A stretch of DNA of 63,580 bases, counting the filler, from Trichomonas gallinae (lineage: Eukaryota): the NCBI GenBank assembly GCA_008369845.1. It is 6 parts of 6 records of this genome, joined end to end, with 100 filler letters (N's around TTAATTAATTAA, not from the genome) between each part and the next. Parts side by side here need not be neighbours in the genome. Positions count along the whole stretch, not along the records: positions 1 to 22,100 come from MRSU01000465.1; 5 more parts are not named here. One strand, given 5' to 3'. The notes beneath the pieces are model-generated. The model was not told the DNA's origin. It did not search any database and was given only the letters and a program-made list of their open reading frames with translations. Below are positions 1 to 11,257 of this stretch, in pieces; position 1 is the stretch's first letter, and the number at the start of each line of letters is the position of its first letter. The position numbers and the translations under genes are program-made.

Positions 1-197
1 TAAAATTGCAAAATTTTTTTACAAAAGGAGGGAAAAGTGACTAATATATTTTTTAACGATAAAAACTGTCACAACTATTACAATTTTAATTTCATTCTCA
101 AGTGAACTACAATATGCTAGGTAATAGATGGCATTGTTTATATTTAGAATGGTGACAACTTCATCCATAAACTTATACTTAAAGATGCTTTAGCTTA

Positions 198-421
198 AGG
201 ACACCATTGATGTTTGCTTCAAAATATGATCTCTAAAAACATAACTTAGTAATAATAGTCGAGTCTTGTTTCATAGAAATTTCAAAGTTTGAGTCTGTAA
301 CCAATGCTTATATATATGGACCAAAAATTGGACTTTGATTTTGCATACATCAGCTCTAGATCTAAGTCGCCAATTCAAAAATCCAATATTGGTTGCTTCA
401 GATAATGATCAATTTAAAATA
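198..421 (+). pseudogene. Degenerate ankyrin-repeat gene remnant
   Basis: Fragments translate as RTPLMFASKYD (from 198) and PILVASDNDQFKI (from 383), resembling ankyrin TPLxxA...xxG motifs, but are broken by stops and frameshifts. Confidence 0.4.
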
Positions 422-767
422 CAGATATAATATGAACCAATGCATCAGTGTTATCCAAGTAAAAAGCTTTGTTTAACCCCTACCTTTTATTGTAGGAAGG
501 AAAATTATATTAAATGATTCAAAACCAGTTATACTATAGTTAATTTAAATCACTATTTCAATATATTAAATTTTCTCAAACGATCAAAAGATCATGATGT
601 GCCTAGAACATCCGAAACATTATAAAAGATCATTTTTAATGTTAATGTCATTGATCTTTTCATAGATAATCTCCCAAATAATCAGTTTACAGATTTGGTT
701 ATAAAAATTCATATTAAAATTTCGAAATTTATTTTAACAATAAAAAAGAATAAAAATAAAATATAAA

Positions 768-2330
768 TTACTCTGCGTCGCAAACATCTTCATCTGGGTC
801 ATTGCTGAGCTTTTCGATGATATCATCCAATCCGAGCAATTTCGCTGCCTTCATCGCAGAAATTCTAACATTACTTATCTCGTCATTTGCAGCTTTGCTG
901 ACGACATCACTTGCCAATGTTTTGTTGTTGACTTCAAGAGCGAGTTGTATTGCTGACTGCCTGATCTGGTAGTTCTCGTCCTTGAGCATCTTGTAGACTG
1001 TCGGGATAACGAAATCATTTTGGAATTCGTCGCCTTTCTCTTTGACGAGTTCTCCAGTGGACTTCGCAGCGACTTCTCTGACTTTCACGGAGTCGTCAAC
1101 TAAAAATCTCTCGAGAAGAGATTCGTTGGACATCATTGCAGTGCTTGCAGCGATCGAGTATCTGCCGTGCCAGTCAATTTTTTCGATGAGAGACTCGATT
1201 AAAGAGAATTTTTCATCTTCTTTGAAGTTTGATTCGAGAATTGTTGAAACAGCTGCTAATTGCAAGTCAACTGTTGAGCTAGCAATGAACTGCCTGAGGT
1301 AATCGAGAACGTAGTGGTAGCCGAGCTCATCGACGAGAGGATAAAGAGCTTTGAGAGTCGAAACAATGACGGATTGAAAATCTGATTGCAAAAGTTCGTC
1401 AACTAGATCTCTGAGTGCTGAAAGTGTTTGATCTGAACTTCCATGGCACGAAGGAAGGGCATCAGCAATAGCTACATTCAAAATTTTGTTCTTTTTCTGA
1501 TAATAATATTTCAAATAGTCAACAATGTCGTCAGGATTGATTTGTGGAAGATTTTTGATAGTATCTATGAGCTTGAGTTGAACTCTTGAGTCTTGTATGG
1601 AAATAATTGCTTTAATAAACGAATCTGTTTTTTCCCTGTCGATTTCAAGTTCGGATAGAATTGAAAGTATAGCCAATGCAATCTGTGGGTCTTTATTTTC
1701 AAGAAATTCATCAAGAGTCGCGAGAATTGTTGCCACTGTTTCTTCATTTGCGTGTTTACAAAGTTCAGCGGCAGATTTGATGAAATAAACTTGTGTTATT
1801 GGCGCAATCTCTTCAATTCCCTGGAATTGAGTCATTATATCTGAAATTGTTTCTGTTGGTAAAATACTTGCAACGGATTTCAGTATTGTGAAAAAGGTTA
1901 TTAGAATAGGCTGGTAGTCATCATCAAGCATCTTAAGGAAATATGGTAAAAATATCGATTCAAATTGATAATCATCGAATTTATCTGCTAAAATCGACAT
2001 AAGGCTAGCAAAAGAATCACGTACACATGGTGTTTCTATTTCAGCGAATTCTTTGATTGCTTTCAACAATTGTTTAAAATTCTCAGATGAATAGTCAGAA
2101 AAATCGAATAATTGAATTTGATTGAGTATCATTGCTATATCTTCTGCTAAGAGATTTGTTGATTCGATATAATATGGAACTAATTCTTCAACTGTCCTTT
2201 CTACGCCCATTTTCTTCGATATTGCTGCCAAATTTTTAATAGAATTGATTCTGTTCTGCTTGACATTGGACCTGACACGCAAAATGACCGAGTGAATCTG
2301 TTCAGGTGTCAGCGAATCAATTCCCACCAT
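768..2330 (-). CDS. HEAT-repeat protein, PP2A scaffold (A/PR65) subunit-like
   Basis: N-terminal NRINSIKNLAAISKKMGVERTVEELVP resembles PR65 '[20 protein letters not shown]'. C-terminal HEAT motifs DDSVKVREVA, DENYQIRQ, DEISNVR, DPDEDV. First ATG is at 2330; the ORF track starts at a TTG (2351). Confidence 0.75.
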   Translation of the reverse strand: MVGIDSLTPEQIHSVILRVRSNVKQNRINSIKNLAAISKKMGVERTVEELVPYYIESTNLLAEDIAMILNQIQLFDFSDYSSENFKQLLKAIKEFAEIETPCVRDSFASLMSILADKFDDYQFESIFLPYFLKMLDDDYQPILITFFTILKSVASILPTETISDIMTQFQGIEEIAPITQVYFIKSAAELCKHANEETVATILATLDEFLENKDPQIALAILSILSELEIDREKTDSFIKAIISIQDSRVQLKLIDTIKNLPQINPDDIVDYLKYYYQKKNKILNVAIADALPSCHGSSDQTLSALRDLVDELLQSDFQSVIVSTLKALYPLVDELGYHYVLDYLRQFIASSTVDLQLAAVSTILESNFKEDEKFSLIESLIEKIDWHGRYSIAASTAMMSNESLLERFLVDDSVKVREVAAKSTGELVKEKGDEFQNDFVIPTVYKMLKDENYQIRQSAIQLALEVNNKTLASDVVSKAANDEISNVRISAMKAAKLLGLDDIIEKLSNDPDEDVCDAE

Positions 2331-2335
2331 TTTAT

Positions 2336-2548
2336 CGACAAAAATCTGCAAACAGACTTATTCAATTTATTATAAAACAGACAAAAGTGCCATTATTATT
2401 TACACGTCAAATTGTCAAAAATATATAAACAGACATATTCAATTTAGTTTAAAATGACATTAATATTTACATGACAATTTGTCAAAAATATGTAAACAGA
2501 CCTTTTCAATTTAGTATAAAAATGACATTAATTTTTACATGACAAATT
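2336..2548. repeat. ~67-bp tandem repeat, 3 copies (first degenerate), upstream of the HEAT gene
   Basis: 2414-2480 and 2481-2548 align closely (gtcaaaaata..taaacagac..ttcaatttag..aaaatgacattaat.tttacatgacaa). 2336-2413 is a diverged third copy. Confidence 0.8.
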
Positions 2549-2837
2549 CCCAATATTACAACCATGTCACTTTTCAATAAAATTTCAAAAATTCACCTGG
2601 TAAAAATTCGAACATTACTGGGACAGATAGTTAGAGTTGCACTAGCTTAGCAGGCAACTATGATAGTGTACTATATGCTATAATGTTATAAGAGAATCTA
2701 ATATCTATATATTCGATTTTTATATTATCATTTTTGAAAATAAAGTCCCATACAAATACAATTTCTCAATAATGTGCAGCATAAATATTAATGTGATAAT
2801 CTTATTGATCAAACGAATATGTGTTTAATTAAAACAA

Positions 2838-5834
2838 TTATAAAACAATGACTGTGCTTGAAGGTGATTTCATTGGCGAAGAATTGGGAGTTGACCCAGA
2901 GCTCAATCTTGAAGACTTCTGCAGTGCCGAGTATTTGCTCGCGCGTGGAGTAATCACGGTATTCCTCTGTGGTGTCGATGAATTCTTCTTTGCGAGTCTG
3001 ACGAACAAAACGGCAGAAATCATTCCACAAAGAGAGAAAGTTGTTGACTTCTTTGCGCTTTGTGCAGCACTGAATGCGGCCTTCTGAGCCCTGAGGTCAT
3101 CTATAATCTGTATCAGTCTCTTCTGTGACCCAATGTTGTAAATTGTGTCAGATATCCTCGACATCAATTCTTCGTCTGTCAATCTTCTCTGCCTGCCAAC
3201 GATACGTTTCGCGACAATGTCGGAGGCCCAGTCATGCCACTTGTCAGCAGAGGCGATTTTAGAAGGACTGACAGCATCAGTTTGTATGTTCTTGTCTGTC
3301 CTAAATGCAGTCTTCAGCGCTGGTGACATTCTCTGCTTTTGTTCAGCGAGTTTCTTCAACTGCTTTTCATACTCCGCGATTTGCTTCACGAGTTCGTCGA
3401 TTCTCGCCATGCATATTACGTCGTTTTCCTCTGCCATTCTTATTGTCGCCTCGTTCTCCTGCTCTAGCTCAGTGATCTGGAATCTCAGCGCGCGCTCGAC
3501 TTCATCGCGGTCTTCTCGAGCTTTCTGTAGCTGCTGTTTGTACATTGTTACTTTTTCTCCTTTCGCAGACACTTCTCGCTGCAAGTCTTGTATCTCCGCT
3601 TTGTGGCGTCTATTTAATGTGTCGAGTTCGTCGAATTTAGCCTGGCGCTCGTTGTCAAGCAATGCGAGGATCCTGCGCTCGTTCGCTTCAGAGCGTTCTT
3701 TGATTTGCTGCTCAAGCCTCTTTACTTCGCTTTGCAATGTTTTGATGACATCATTCGATTGCGACTGTTTTTCGAGCAGAGAAACGTTTTCTGCGTGTTC
3801 CATGTCAGCCCTGTCGTTCGCTATGCCTGCTGCTTCAACTGCTGCTGCCAGCTGCTTCTTTAATTTCGAAATTTCAGCGAATAAATTCTTGACTTCGTAC
3901 GCGAGTTTTCTGACTCTGTCTTGCTCGAACTCGATTTGCGATTTTGATTCAGCCAGTTTATTCGCCATCTCTCGCATTTTGATCGCGTGCTCTTTGATGA
4001 TCAGTTCGTGCTTGCCGTGTTCGTCTTTGCGGACTTTTTCAACAAACGGGCCGACTTGGCTTGGAATTTCGTTCAATTTGCCTGCGAATGCTAGTACTGG
4101 TCTGATCTTTGTTTCGGTTTCGTTGATTAAATTGGTTGAAATGTCAATGAAGGACGAAATTGCATCAATTTCGTTCATTGATTCGGTATCAAGGTGAATT
4201 ACACTTGATACCTTTTTCGCTAATTTTTCTAAGTCGTTTTTCGTATCCAAAATGAAGCTGGTGACAATAGAAGGAAGTTCATCATTCGAACAAATCACAT
4301 TTAATGCTCTTTTCGCAGGGAGAAGTGCATCAAGGGCCTTCTTTGATGACTCGGAAACCTTGGATGCAACATTAGTGATGATTAAAGCAGTAGAAAGTTC
4401 AGATTTGTTATCAATGTTGAAATTCTTCTTGTTTAGGATGGAAAGGATGGGATCAACTTCATTATTATCATCCATCCTTACGAACTGATCGCGAATTGCG
4501 CTGATTTTTGTCATTGCGTCTAATTTGAGATTTGCATCTTCTTCAATTGGCGTTAAATCAGATTTGAATTGAGTGAGATCGATTTTTCCATTGAGAAGGG
4601 ATAAGCAGAACCTAGTCAATGAGTCGATTATCGCTGAATAATTGTAAGTTTCATGAACTTCGATATTTGTGTCTAAATCTACTTCTCTAGACGTGACTTT
4701 ATGGCTGTTCATCAACTGGGAAATTGCTTCTGGGAGCTGATCTGCTGTAATTAAGAACTGGGACTGAAGCATTTCCGTGCAATCCATAACAAGCCTTCTT
4801 AGGTCTTCAAGCTCTTCTGTGTTGTCGTCATGTTCTTGGATTATTTCGTCTTTCTCGTTTACATCATCCTCTAAATCAGCGATTTTTGCATTTAATATTC
4901 TTATCTTGTCTTCTTGCATTTCCAGAGCTTTGTCGTAGCCATTGATGATCAGCATCTGCTTCTGAAGCAGAACCAACGCCGCATCTCTGTTTTTACGCAA
5001 TGGCAAAATTTCTTCATTCAAATTTTTAACAACATCGCGTAATTGTGCTGACGCCATTCTATATGTGTCCTCTATAGCCTGTTTCTTATTCGCATTGGCC
5101 AATTCTGCCTTCGTTTTTTCGTATTCGATCGATAATTGTTTGAATTCATCGATTTCTTGGCGTAATTCACGAATTAGTTGCGTTTTTTGCTTTGATTTGT
5201 CGTGTAATGCCAGCTTTTCTGCATTTAATTTTGTTATTTCATCTTCAAGATCTTTATTATGCGAAGTTAGCCTTGAAAACTTGTCTTGGAAGATTCGTAA
5301 TTCGCTCTGTACGCCAATCAGCTGGTCTTGAAGGTTCAAAATCTCAGCGTTTTTCGTAGATATTTCATCTCTGCGTTTTGCTGTGAGTAGAACATTGGAT
5401 TGTAGCACCTTTTCTTTCTCTAGGCCAGCGGATTCAAGTTCAGCTTGGCAGTTTTGCGCATGTTCTTCTAATTCTCTTACTCGATCTTTTAATTCTTTAT
5501 TTTCACTTTCGAAAGCTAAAACAGTTTGTCTGAGCTGCTGTAATTCTTCTTTATTTGGTGATTGTAATGGTGTTTTTATTTGAATTGTCGATGAAACATT
5601 TTCTGCATATTCGTTGAATAAGTGGCGAAAGGCTAAATCGATTATATTTACTCTCTCCTCGCTAAGAACGCTATTTATACCGATTTGAAGAACAATTTTC
5701 GACATCTCAGCAATTTTAGTCAACATTGGCGAATCTGTGAATTTCTCCTTGATTTCCGGCGGCGTGTGAGGGAAGTCGGACTGCAGCAAGTCTTTTAAGA
5801 CAGTAAAAGCTCTCTCTTGTGTCATCGTCGTCAT
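2838..5834 (-). CDS. Long coiled-coil protein, 998 aa, function unknown
   Basis: Uninterrupted ORF with extended heptad-rich E/K/Q/L segments and a Ser-rich tail. Confidence 0.8.
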   Translation of the reverse strand: MTTMTQERAFTVLKDLLQSDFPHTPPEIKEKFTDSPMLTKIAEMSKIVLQIGINSVLSEERVNIIDLAFRHLFNEYAENVSSTIQIKTPLQSPNKEELQQLRQTVLAFESENKELKDRVRELEEHAQNCQAELESAGLEKEKVLQSNVLLTAKRRDEISTKNAEILNLQDQLIGVQSELRIFQDKFSRLTSHNKDLEDEITKLNAEKLALHDKSKQKTQLIRELRQEIDEFKQLSIEYEKTKAELANANKKQAIEDTYRMASAQLRDVVKNLNEEILPLRKNRDAALVLLQKQMLIINGYDKALEMQEDKIRILNAKIADLEDDVNEKDEIIQEHDDNTEELEDLRRLVMDCTEMLQSQFLITADQLPEAISQLMNSHKVTSREVDLDTNIEVHETYNYSAIIDSLTRFCLSLLNGKIDLTQFKSDLTPIEEDANLKLDAMTKISAIRDQFVRMDDNNEVDPILSILNKKNFNIDNKSELSTALIITNVASKVSESSKKALDALLPAKRALNVICSNDELPSIVTSFILDTKNDLEKLAKKVSSVIHLDTESMNEIDAISSFIDISTNLINETETKIRPVLAFAGKLNEIPSQVGPFVEKVRKDEHGKHELIIKEHAIKMREMANKLAESKSQIEFEQDRVRKLAYEVKNLFAEISKLKKQLAAAVEAAGIANDRADMEHAENVSLLEKQSQSNDVIKTLQSEVKRLEQQIKERSEANERRILALLDNERQAKFDELDTLNRRHKAEIQDLQREVSAKGEKVTMYKQQLQKAREDRDEVERALRFQITELEQENEATIRMAEENDVICMARIDELVKQIAEYEKQLKKLAEQKQRMSPALKTAFRTDKNIQTDAVSPSKIASADKWHDWASDIVAKRIVGRQRRLTDEELMSRISDTIYNIGSQKRLIQIIDDLRAQKAAFSAAQSAKKSTTFSLCGMISAVLFVRLAKKNSSTPQRNTVITPRASKYSALQKSSRLSSGSTPNSSPMKSPSSTVIVL

Positions 5835-6774
5835 TTTAAATCAAAAATTATTTTTATCTGAAATGTAAAGATTTTTTTCATTGCAAATCTATATAATGAT
5901 TTTCTAGTTTTTGACCTTTATTTCGTCTATACGTGTTGATAATGAGTTTTTTAAATTAATTTTGTTATTTTCATAATACGAAAAGCTCTGCTTTTATATC
6001 AGGCACATTATTATGTTACACAGCACATTGAGTGTCACTCACTGATGTGTTAAACATCAAAACATAATGATCACAAATTGCAAATTGAATCTGATTTTGA
6101 GAAAAATCACTGTGATTGCTTCTCTTGTTGAAAATAAGAGTTTACCAAAGTTTATTCCCTGAATTGTTAAAATATTCAATGGAAATCTTGTATAATAAAT
6201 TTGACATGTAATAATTTACATGACAATTAGTCGATTTGTCATATTTCTATCAAATTTTGAAAATCTAAGTCGTAAAGATACAACACATATAACTTGATGA
6301 TATGTTGATAATTCATATAATCTGTTAAATTTGATTAGATATTTTTGCTATTGTTTCAATTTTGGATCAAATTTCAAATCAATGACTTATATATAATATT
6401 GATGTATTTCCATATAACATTAATGGTGTTCAAGTTATAATTTGATATATGTTGTTAGAATAGTTACATAGTGTTTATATATTGAGATAATTGTCGATTT
6501 TGAAATCCGTGAAAAATTTAAATCACAATATGCTTATTCTGTTTATAAATTGAAGTTGTTGCTGGTTCTAATCATTATTCTCTCCTTGAACATGATTCCC
6601 TTTAGAGATTTCTTCTTCAATTAATAAATAATTTCTTGGATGAATTCATCAGTTAATTCTTTTTCTGAAGTAATGTCATCATATCAGTGTGTGACTATAA
6701 ATGTTTTGTGAATTTCAATTTTAAGTATGCAAAGCATTTAGTCACTAAACAACAAACATTTTTTTTTTTTTTGA

Positions 6775-8265
6775 TTATATGCCTAGATCTAAATATTTTT
6801 CCCAGCGCTCAAATGTTTTTTCGTTCCACACTCTCAAAGGATGAGCTTCAGTGTTGAACACCCATTCATCTGGGTGTATGTAGTCATTGTCTTCGAATGT
6901 CAAGTATATATATTTCAGTGTTTCTGCGAGAAAGAAGCTTTCCATTTTCTCATGTTTCCACTTTGGATCCCTCACGTCATACAAACCTGTGTATCCTAAC
7001 TCCCGCTTGCAGTATTTCTTGATTGTCTGGAAAATATCCCAGTTGTATTCTCGGAATATTTCCTTTCCAGTGAATTTCCACATCAAGTAGATGGACTCTA
7101 CAGTTTCCGGCCTCAACAAATATTCTTCATTTATGTAATAGATTGTTCCGTTTGGTAATATTTGGAAACAATCGGGTGATAAACTGGCATTATGCAACTT
7201 ATACAGTTTATAGTATCCGTGTGTTAATTCTTCAGCAATATTCATGTCTCTCTTCCAGTTGGGATTCTCTTTCACGGCCCCTATAACAAGCAAACCTGCG
7301 AAAAAAGTTGATAAGTGAGAAATTACATTTTTTCGAGTTCCATTATAATAAACTCCAAATGTCGTCATGTTATGTTCGCGGATTATGGCCTTTTCCGTTG
7401 CGAATGTTATCATGTTTACGTATTTCTCGAACAATTTCTTCATTTTTCTTCCGGATAATAAATATGTTTTTAATATATATTCGTAGAAAGAATCTACACC
7501 TCCTCCAAAGGTCACAATGTCATAATTTTGCTCTTGATTCATCATAGAAATGATGGATTTATTTGGAAACTTCGTGAAAAGTTTATTGTACAAATTTTTG
7601 GCTAAATCGAAGTAGATTGGATCTCCTGTTTCTGCAGCGAGTGTCATGAATTCAAGCTGAAGTGTTCCTATATCAGCAAGTTTAGAAATATACCAATCTC
7701 CGCAATTTGATAAAATTCTTCCGTCATCTTTTGTATAAAACATGCCTGTTTCACATATTTTGGATTCATTCATATCATATAAGTCATATATAGCATCACC
7801 AATGCGTTTTGATATGTTTAGGAAGAAATCATCTTTCGAAGTCTGATATGCCGAAAGGAAGCCTGCGAGAAATCTTATTATTGTTTCAAACGTGCTGTAT
7901 GTCCCGGAAAATACGTATTTGCTCTTTAAATAATCTAAACTGTAGTTAAATTCGGATTTTAATTTCATTATTTCGAGTGTTGATAATGAATCAACAATAG
8001 TCAATCCAGGCAATGTAAGTGTGCATTTATCATTTGATGCAAGTAGTTCTGAGTATCCCCAGCAAATATTTTTGTAAGAATTAAATGCGAAAAGGAATTC
8101 TTCACGTATTTCGTTCAATTTCTCTTCATCTCGTTTGATCTTAGGGATTTTAAATGGATATATTGATGTATGAATATACTCTTTCCCAGATAAAAAATCA
8201 ATATATGATTCTTTGTAACGATATGTAGGAATTATTATGCCTGTTGATACAAATAGTGATATCAT
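6775..8265 (-). CDS. GH47 class I alpha-1,2-mannosidase
   Basis: Motifs FETIIRFLAG, GGGVDSFYEY, LLRPETVES, MESFFLAETLKY and WVFNTEAHP are all intact. Likely start MISLFVSTG at 8265. Confidence 0.9.
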   Translation of the reverse strand: MISLFVSTGIIIPTYRYKESYIDFLSGKEYIHTSIYPFKIPKIKRDEEKLNEIREEFLFAFNSYKNICWGYSELLASNDKCTLTLPGLTIVDSLSTLEIMKLKSEFNYSLDYLKSKYVFSGTYSTFETIIRFLAGFLSAYQTSKDDFFLNISKRIGDAIYDLYDMNESKICETGMFYTKDDGRILSNCGDWYISKLADIGTLQLEFMTLAAETGDPIYFDLAKNLYNKLFTKFPNKSIISMMNQEQNYDIVTFGGGVDSFYEYILKTYLLSGRKMKKLFEKYVNMITFATEKAIIREHNMTTFGVYYNGTRKNVISHLSTFFAGLLVIGAVKENPNWKRDMNIAEELTHGYYKLYKLHNASLSPDCFQILPNGTIYYINEEYLLRPETVESIYLMWKFTGKEIFREYNWDIFQTIKKYCKRELGYTGLYDVRDPKWKHEKMESFFLAETLKYIYLTFEDNDYIHPDEWVFNTEAHPLRVWNEKTFERWEKYLDLGI

Positions 8266-8626
8266 GAGCAATATGATGAGTTTTTTGAATTGTCTAAAGG
8301 AAAATTTCAGATGTGATGAATTCGCAATTTTTTTCACTTCAACAAAATAAAAAATAATTTCCAAACTGTTATGTAAAACACTGTAGCATCAAAAAACTAT
8401 TTTAAAAATGCTAATTCATCCCGTTTGAAAATTGATTTTGATATTTTGCTTGAAAATACATATCTAATTGTTTTACCAAAGCAAATCACTTGTCAGTGCT
8501 AATTGCATCATTGATATGAATGTGTAAACATAGTTAGAAGTCTTATATTTACATACAACATTTAGAACACAGAAAAAAAAATCTTTTCGAATTACTGTTG
8601 ATTTAAATTAAAAGTCTTTAAAGCGA

Positions 8627-9988
8627 TTATGCATCGGAGTTTGTTGGAGATGGTGTGCGATACGGAAGTGGCACAAAGTTCCATGGAACAGCACCAACTG
8701 CATGAGACTCGATGTTGCAATCGTCAAATCTTCTGTTGAATCTCATTATTCCTTTAAATTCATTGCCTGCACCAACAATAACGAAGTTCTTCATTCCTGC
8801 TTCTCCATTAACGGCTATAGGTGTATGAACGATTTTAGAACTTTCTTTAATGCCATCAATCCACTCATTCTCACCTGTAGCTCCTGCAATACATGTTTTA
8901 TCATCTGTTGCTGCCGTGCAAAGATCCATTGACTCGCCCCAGTCCCTACCAAAGTGAGGAATCACGTACCACCAACGCTCACGAGGCTTGGTGTAGAGAT
9001 CATCTTTTGATGTAAGGTTCAAAAATGTTTGTCCCCAGCCGATGATTGTAACATCAAGCATTCCGAGAATTTCGCCCATAGAGATTTCGGTTCCAGCTGA
9101 GTTCCATCTGCTGGAATAAACACCACTTTGATATGAAAATAGGGTGGAGTGGACGACGATTGATGATGTGACGGCACCGACTTCCCAAAGATGAGACTTG
9201 ATCCAGCGCCAGTTATAAAGGAAGTAAATTGGGCAGGCTGTTTCTGCATCACCTGGGTTGCAAGATCCTGTCAATGCATGATAGTGAGCACAGTTTGTTG
9301 TGCCTGGATAACATTTATTATCTTTACAATGGTCGCGTGTGAAGTCGGCTCTTGGAGCATCCATGTATGTTTTGCGTTCACTAGTTCCATCACCAGGCTT
9401 GTCCCAGCCGTCATAGTTTGGAGGATGGTATGTCCAGAAAAGTTGGTAAGCGTTGAGTGGAGTGCGTTCAATGCATGAGTCTCCAAGCATGTCACAGTCA
9501 AGAACATATTGCAATGAGAAGTTTACGAATTTTCCTGCCCATCTAGATACAGAGATTGTCATTGCAGATGTAACAGCTGGTGCCCAGCTACTGCATAGCT
9601 TTGTAACATCAAAAACCGGGAAGCGTACTCTGTCTGGTGTTGGTTTGATATCGTAATTAGAATTACTTCTGTGAAAAACCTGGTTAGAGGCATTGTTCAT
9701 TTCGGGCCATGCTGCAACGTTGGTAAGACCTGTGATATATTGTTTGTCAACCGTGTTGAAGAATTGCTCGTTGGCACCGACAGGAACTGCTGATCCATGA
9801 TTCTGTGGTGGTGGACGAACTGGTGAAAGGAAACGTTTAGCATCGCCAACCGTCATCTTGGCGAACTTTGGGTAAAGTTTTGCTTGGAATGGAGCATCTG
9901 GGTTATTGTTGATTGCGTCAACAAGCTCCTGTGTGATCAAAGGATCCGTGTCTTTGATCGAGCAAACGAAACAAGTAAAGAAGAACAT
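8627..9988 (-). CDS. Papain-family (C1A) cathepsin-B-like protein, predicted catalytically inactive
   Basis: Signal peptide, cathepsin-B-type propeptide (LITQELVDAINN), FSLQYVLDCD, VTIIGWG, DWGE and CNIES. The catalytic motif reads CSSWA rather than CGSCWA. Confidence 0.8.
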   Translation of the reverse strand: MFFFTCFVCSIKDTDPLITQELVDAINNNPDAPFQAKLYPKFAKMTVGDAKRFLSPVRPPPQNHGSAVPVGANEQFFNTVDKQYITGLTNVAAWPEMNNASNQVFHRSNSNYDIKPTPDRVRFPVFDVTKLCSSWAPAVTSAMTISVSRWAGKFVNFSLQYVLDCDMLGDSCIERTPLNAYQLFWTYHPPNYDGWDKPGDGTSERKTYMDAPRADFTRDHCKDNKCYPGTTNCAHYHALTGSCNPGDAETACPIYFLYNWRWIKSHLWEVGAVTSSIVVHSTLFSYQSGVYSSRWNSAGTEISMGEILGMLDVTIIGWGQTFLNLTSKDDLYTKPRERWWYVIPHFGRDWGESMDLCTAATDDKTCIAGATGENEWIDGIKESSKIVHTPIAVNGEAGMKNFVIVGAGNEFKGIMRFNRRFDDCNIESHAVGAVPWNFVPLPYRTPSPTNSDA

Positions 9989-10266
9989 AAAATGAAAAAA
10001 TTCATATCGTTTTGATCAAAATTGATTGTATTAAGTAATGAAGGCCAATACAAAGAATATGATGAAGTTGAATTTGTAGGAATCTTCCTCACAAAAAGAT
10101 TCAATAAGAAATTGAATTCAATCAGAAATCGACTGACAATAAATGAATTATCATTATTTCTTCCTTTTTCCATTCAACGATAGAATTCTCTCAATCGTAT
10201 ATAATTGATTTTTTAGCTAAAAATGCTGTATTGATCATTATGGTTCATCAGATACTTTTGAAATTC

Positions 10267-10496
10267 AATTCAAACCACTTCAAATTTTGAGACCCAGAAA
10301 AAATAAACAACTTTTCAGAGATTTACATTTCAAAGAAGCTTAGCTTTTGCTGTTCAGCTTGCACATATACTACAAGAATAATAAAAGCTTTTATTTCGAG
10401 CAAATTTTTTTCCGGATCTCAAAATTGACTCCATAATTTGTTAAATTAAATCATAAATACATTATCGTCAATCTTAAATTTGAAGTGGTTTGAATT
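10267..10496. mobile_element. MITE-like element with a perfect 21-bp inverted repeat
   Basis: aattcaaaccacttcaaattt (10267-10287) is the exact reverse complement of 10476-10496. A second imperfect inverted pair lies at 10283-10304 / 10404-10426. Confidence 0.55.
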
Positions 10497-11257
10497 TCAG
10501 GGATAAACTCAAAATTGACATTTCAAGAATTTTCCTGGGGTCAAAAACTGAGAACATTTAAATAATATGCATCCTACTCTTATCGATATCTATATTCCGA
10601 AACAAAACTGTTTTTTCAATATTTTTTGATTAATAAATTAACTATGATTTGATCAAAATCATTTATACATGCTAATATATGCTTTAATATCAAATTTTTG
10701 CAATTCAATAGATTTCCGAAATTTGTTATTATGTAATCTAACAATTTGGAAATTGAACTACTACTCATCTATAAAAGCATGAGAAAATCATTTTTCTAAA
10801 AACTCTTTATCATTTTTGAATGATTTTATTTTTACTATATATATGGTAAATTCCATTATCATATAGTTGCTTTCGTGTAGAATATGTGCATTTTAGCTTA
10901 TTTTTGTACAAATGATAAAAATGATAAAATATTGCATGAACTGTGTCAAATAATGACATAGTAGCATTATTCTTGAGCCAACAACTAACGAATATAGTTG
11001 GTGGGCATTAAATCGGGTCGATTTTTAAAAAATGAAAAATATTAAAAATAGATTTGTTTCCTATTTGTACATGCTCTTTGTCCTTCTCATATACTTTCAT
11101 GTCCATTGCTGGCGGCTTTAAAAAGCGTAACAATATCTATGGATTGGACAAATCTAAAAGTGAAATCTGTCATGTAAAGAAATAAAGTCCCAAATCATTC
11201 TTTACACGTCAAATTTTCACTTTTCCAAAAAAATAAACGATTAAAAAAGGAGATTGA

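Noticed and set aside
2336..2548. CRISPR-like array
   Set aside because: Plain tandem units with no unique spacers, eukaryotic context, and no cas genes.
3145..4197. 350-aa plus-strand ORF and other antisense ORFs (49761-50639, 46330-46836, 16948-17472, etc.)
   Set aside because: Shadow frames opposite real genes, with Ser/Phe/Leu-rich composition and no motifs.
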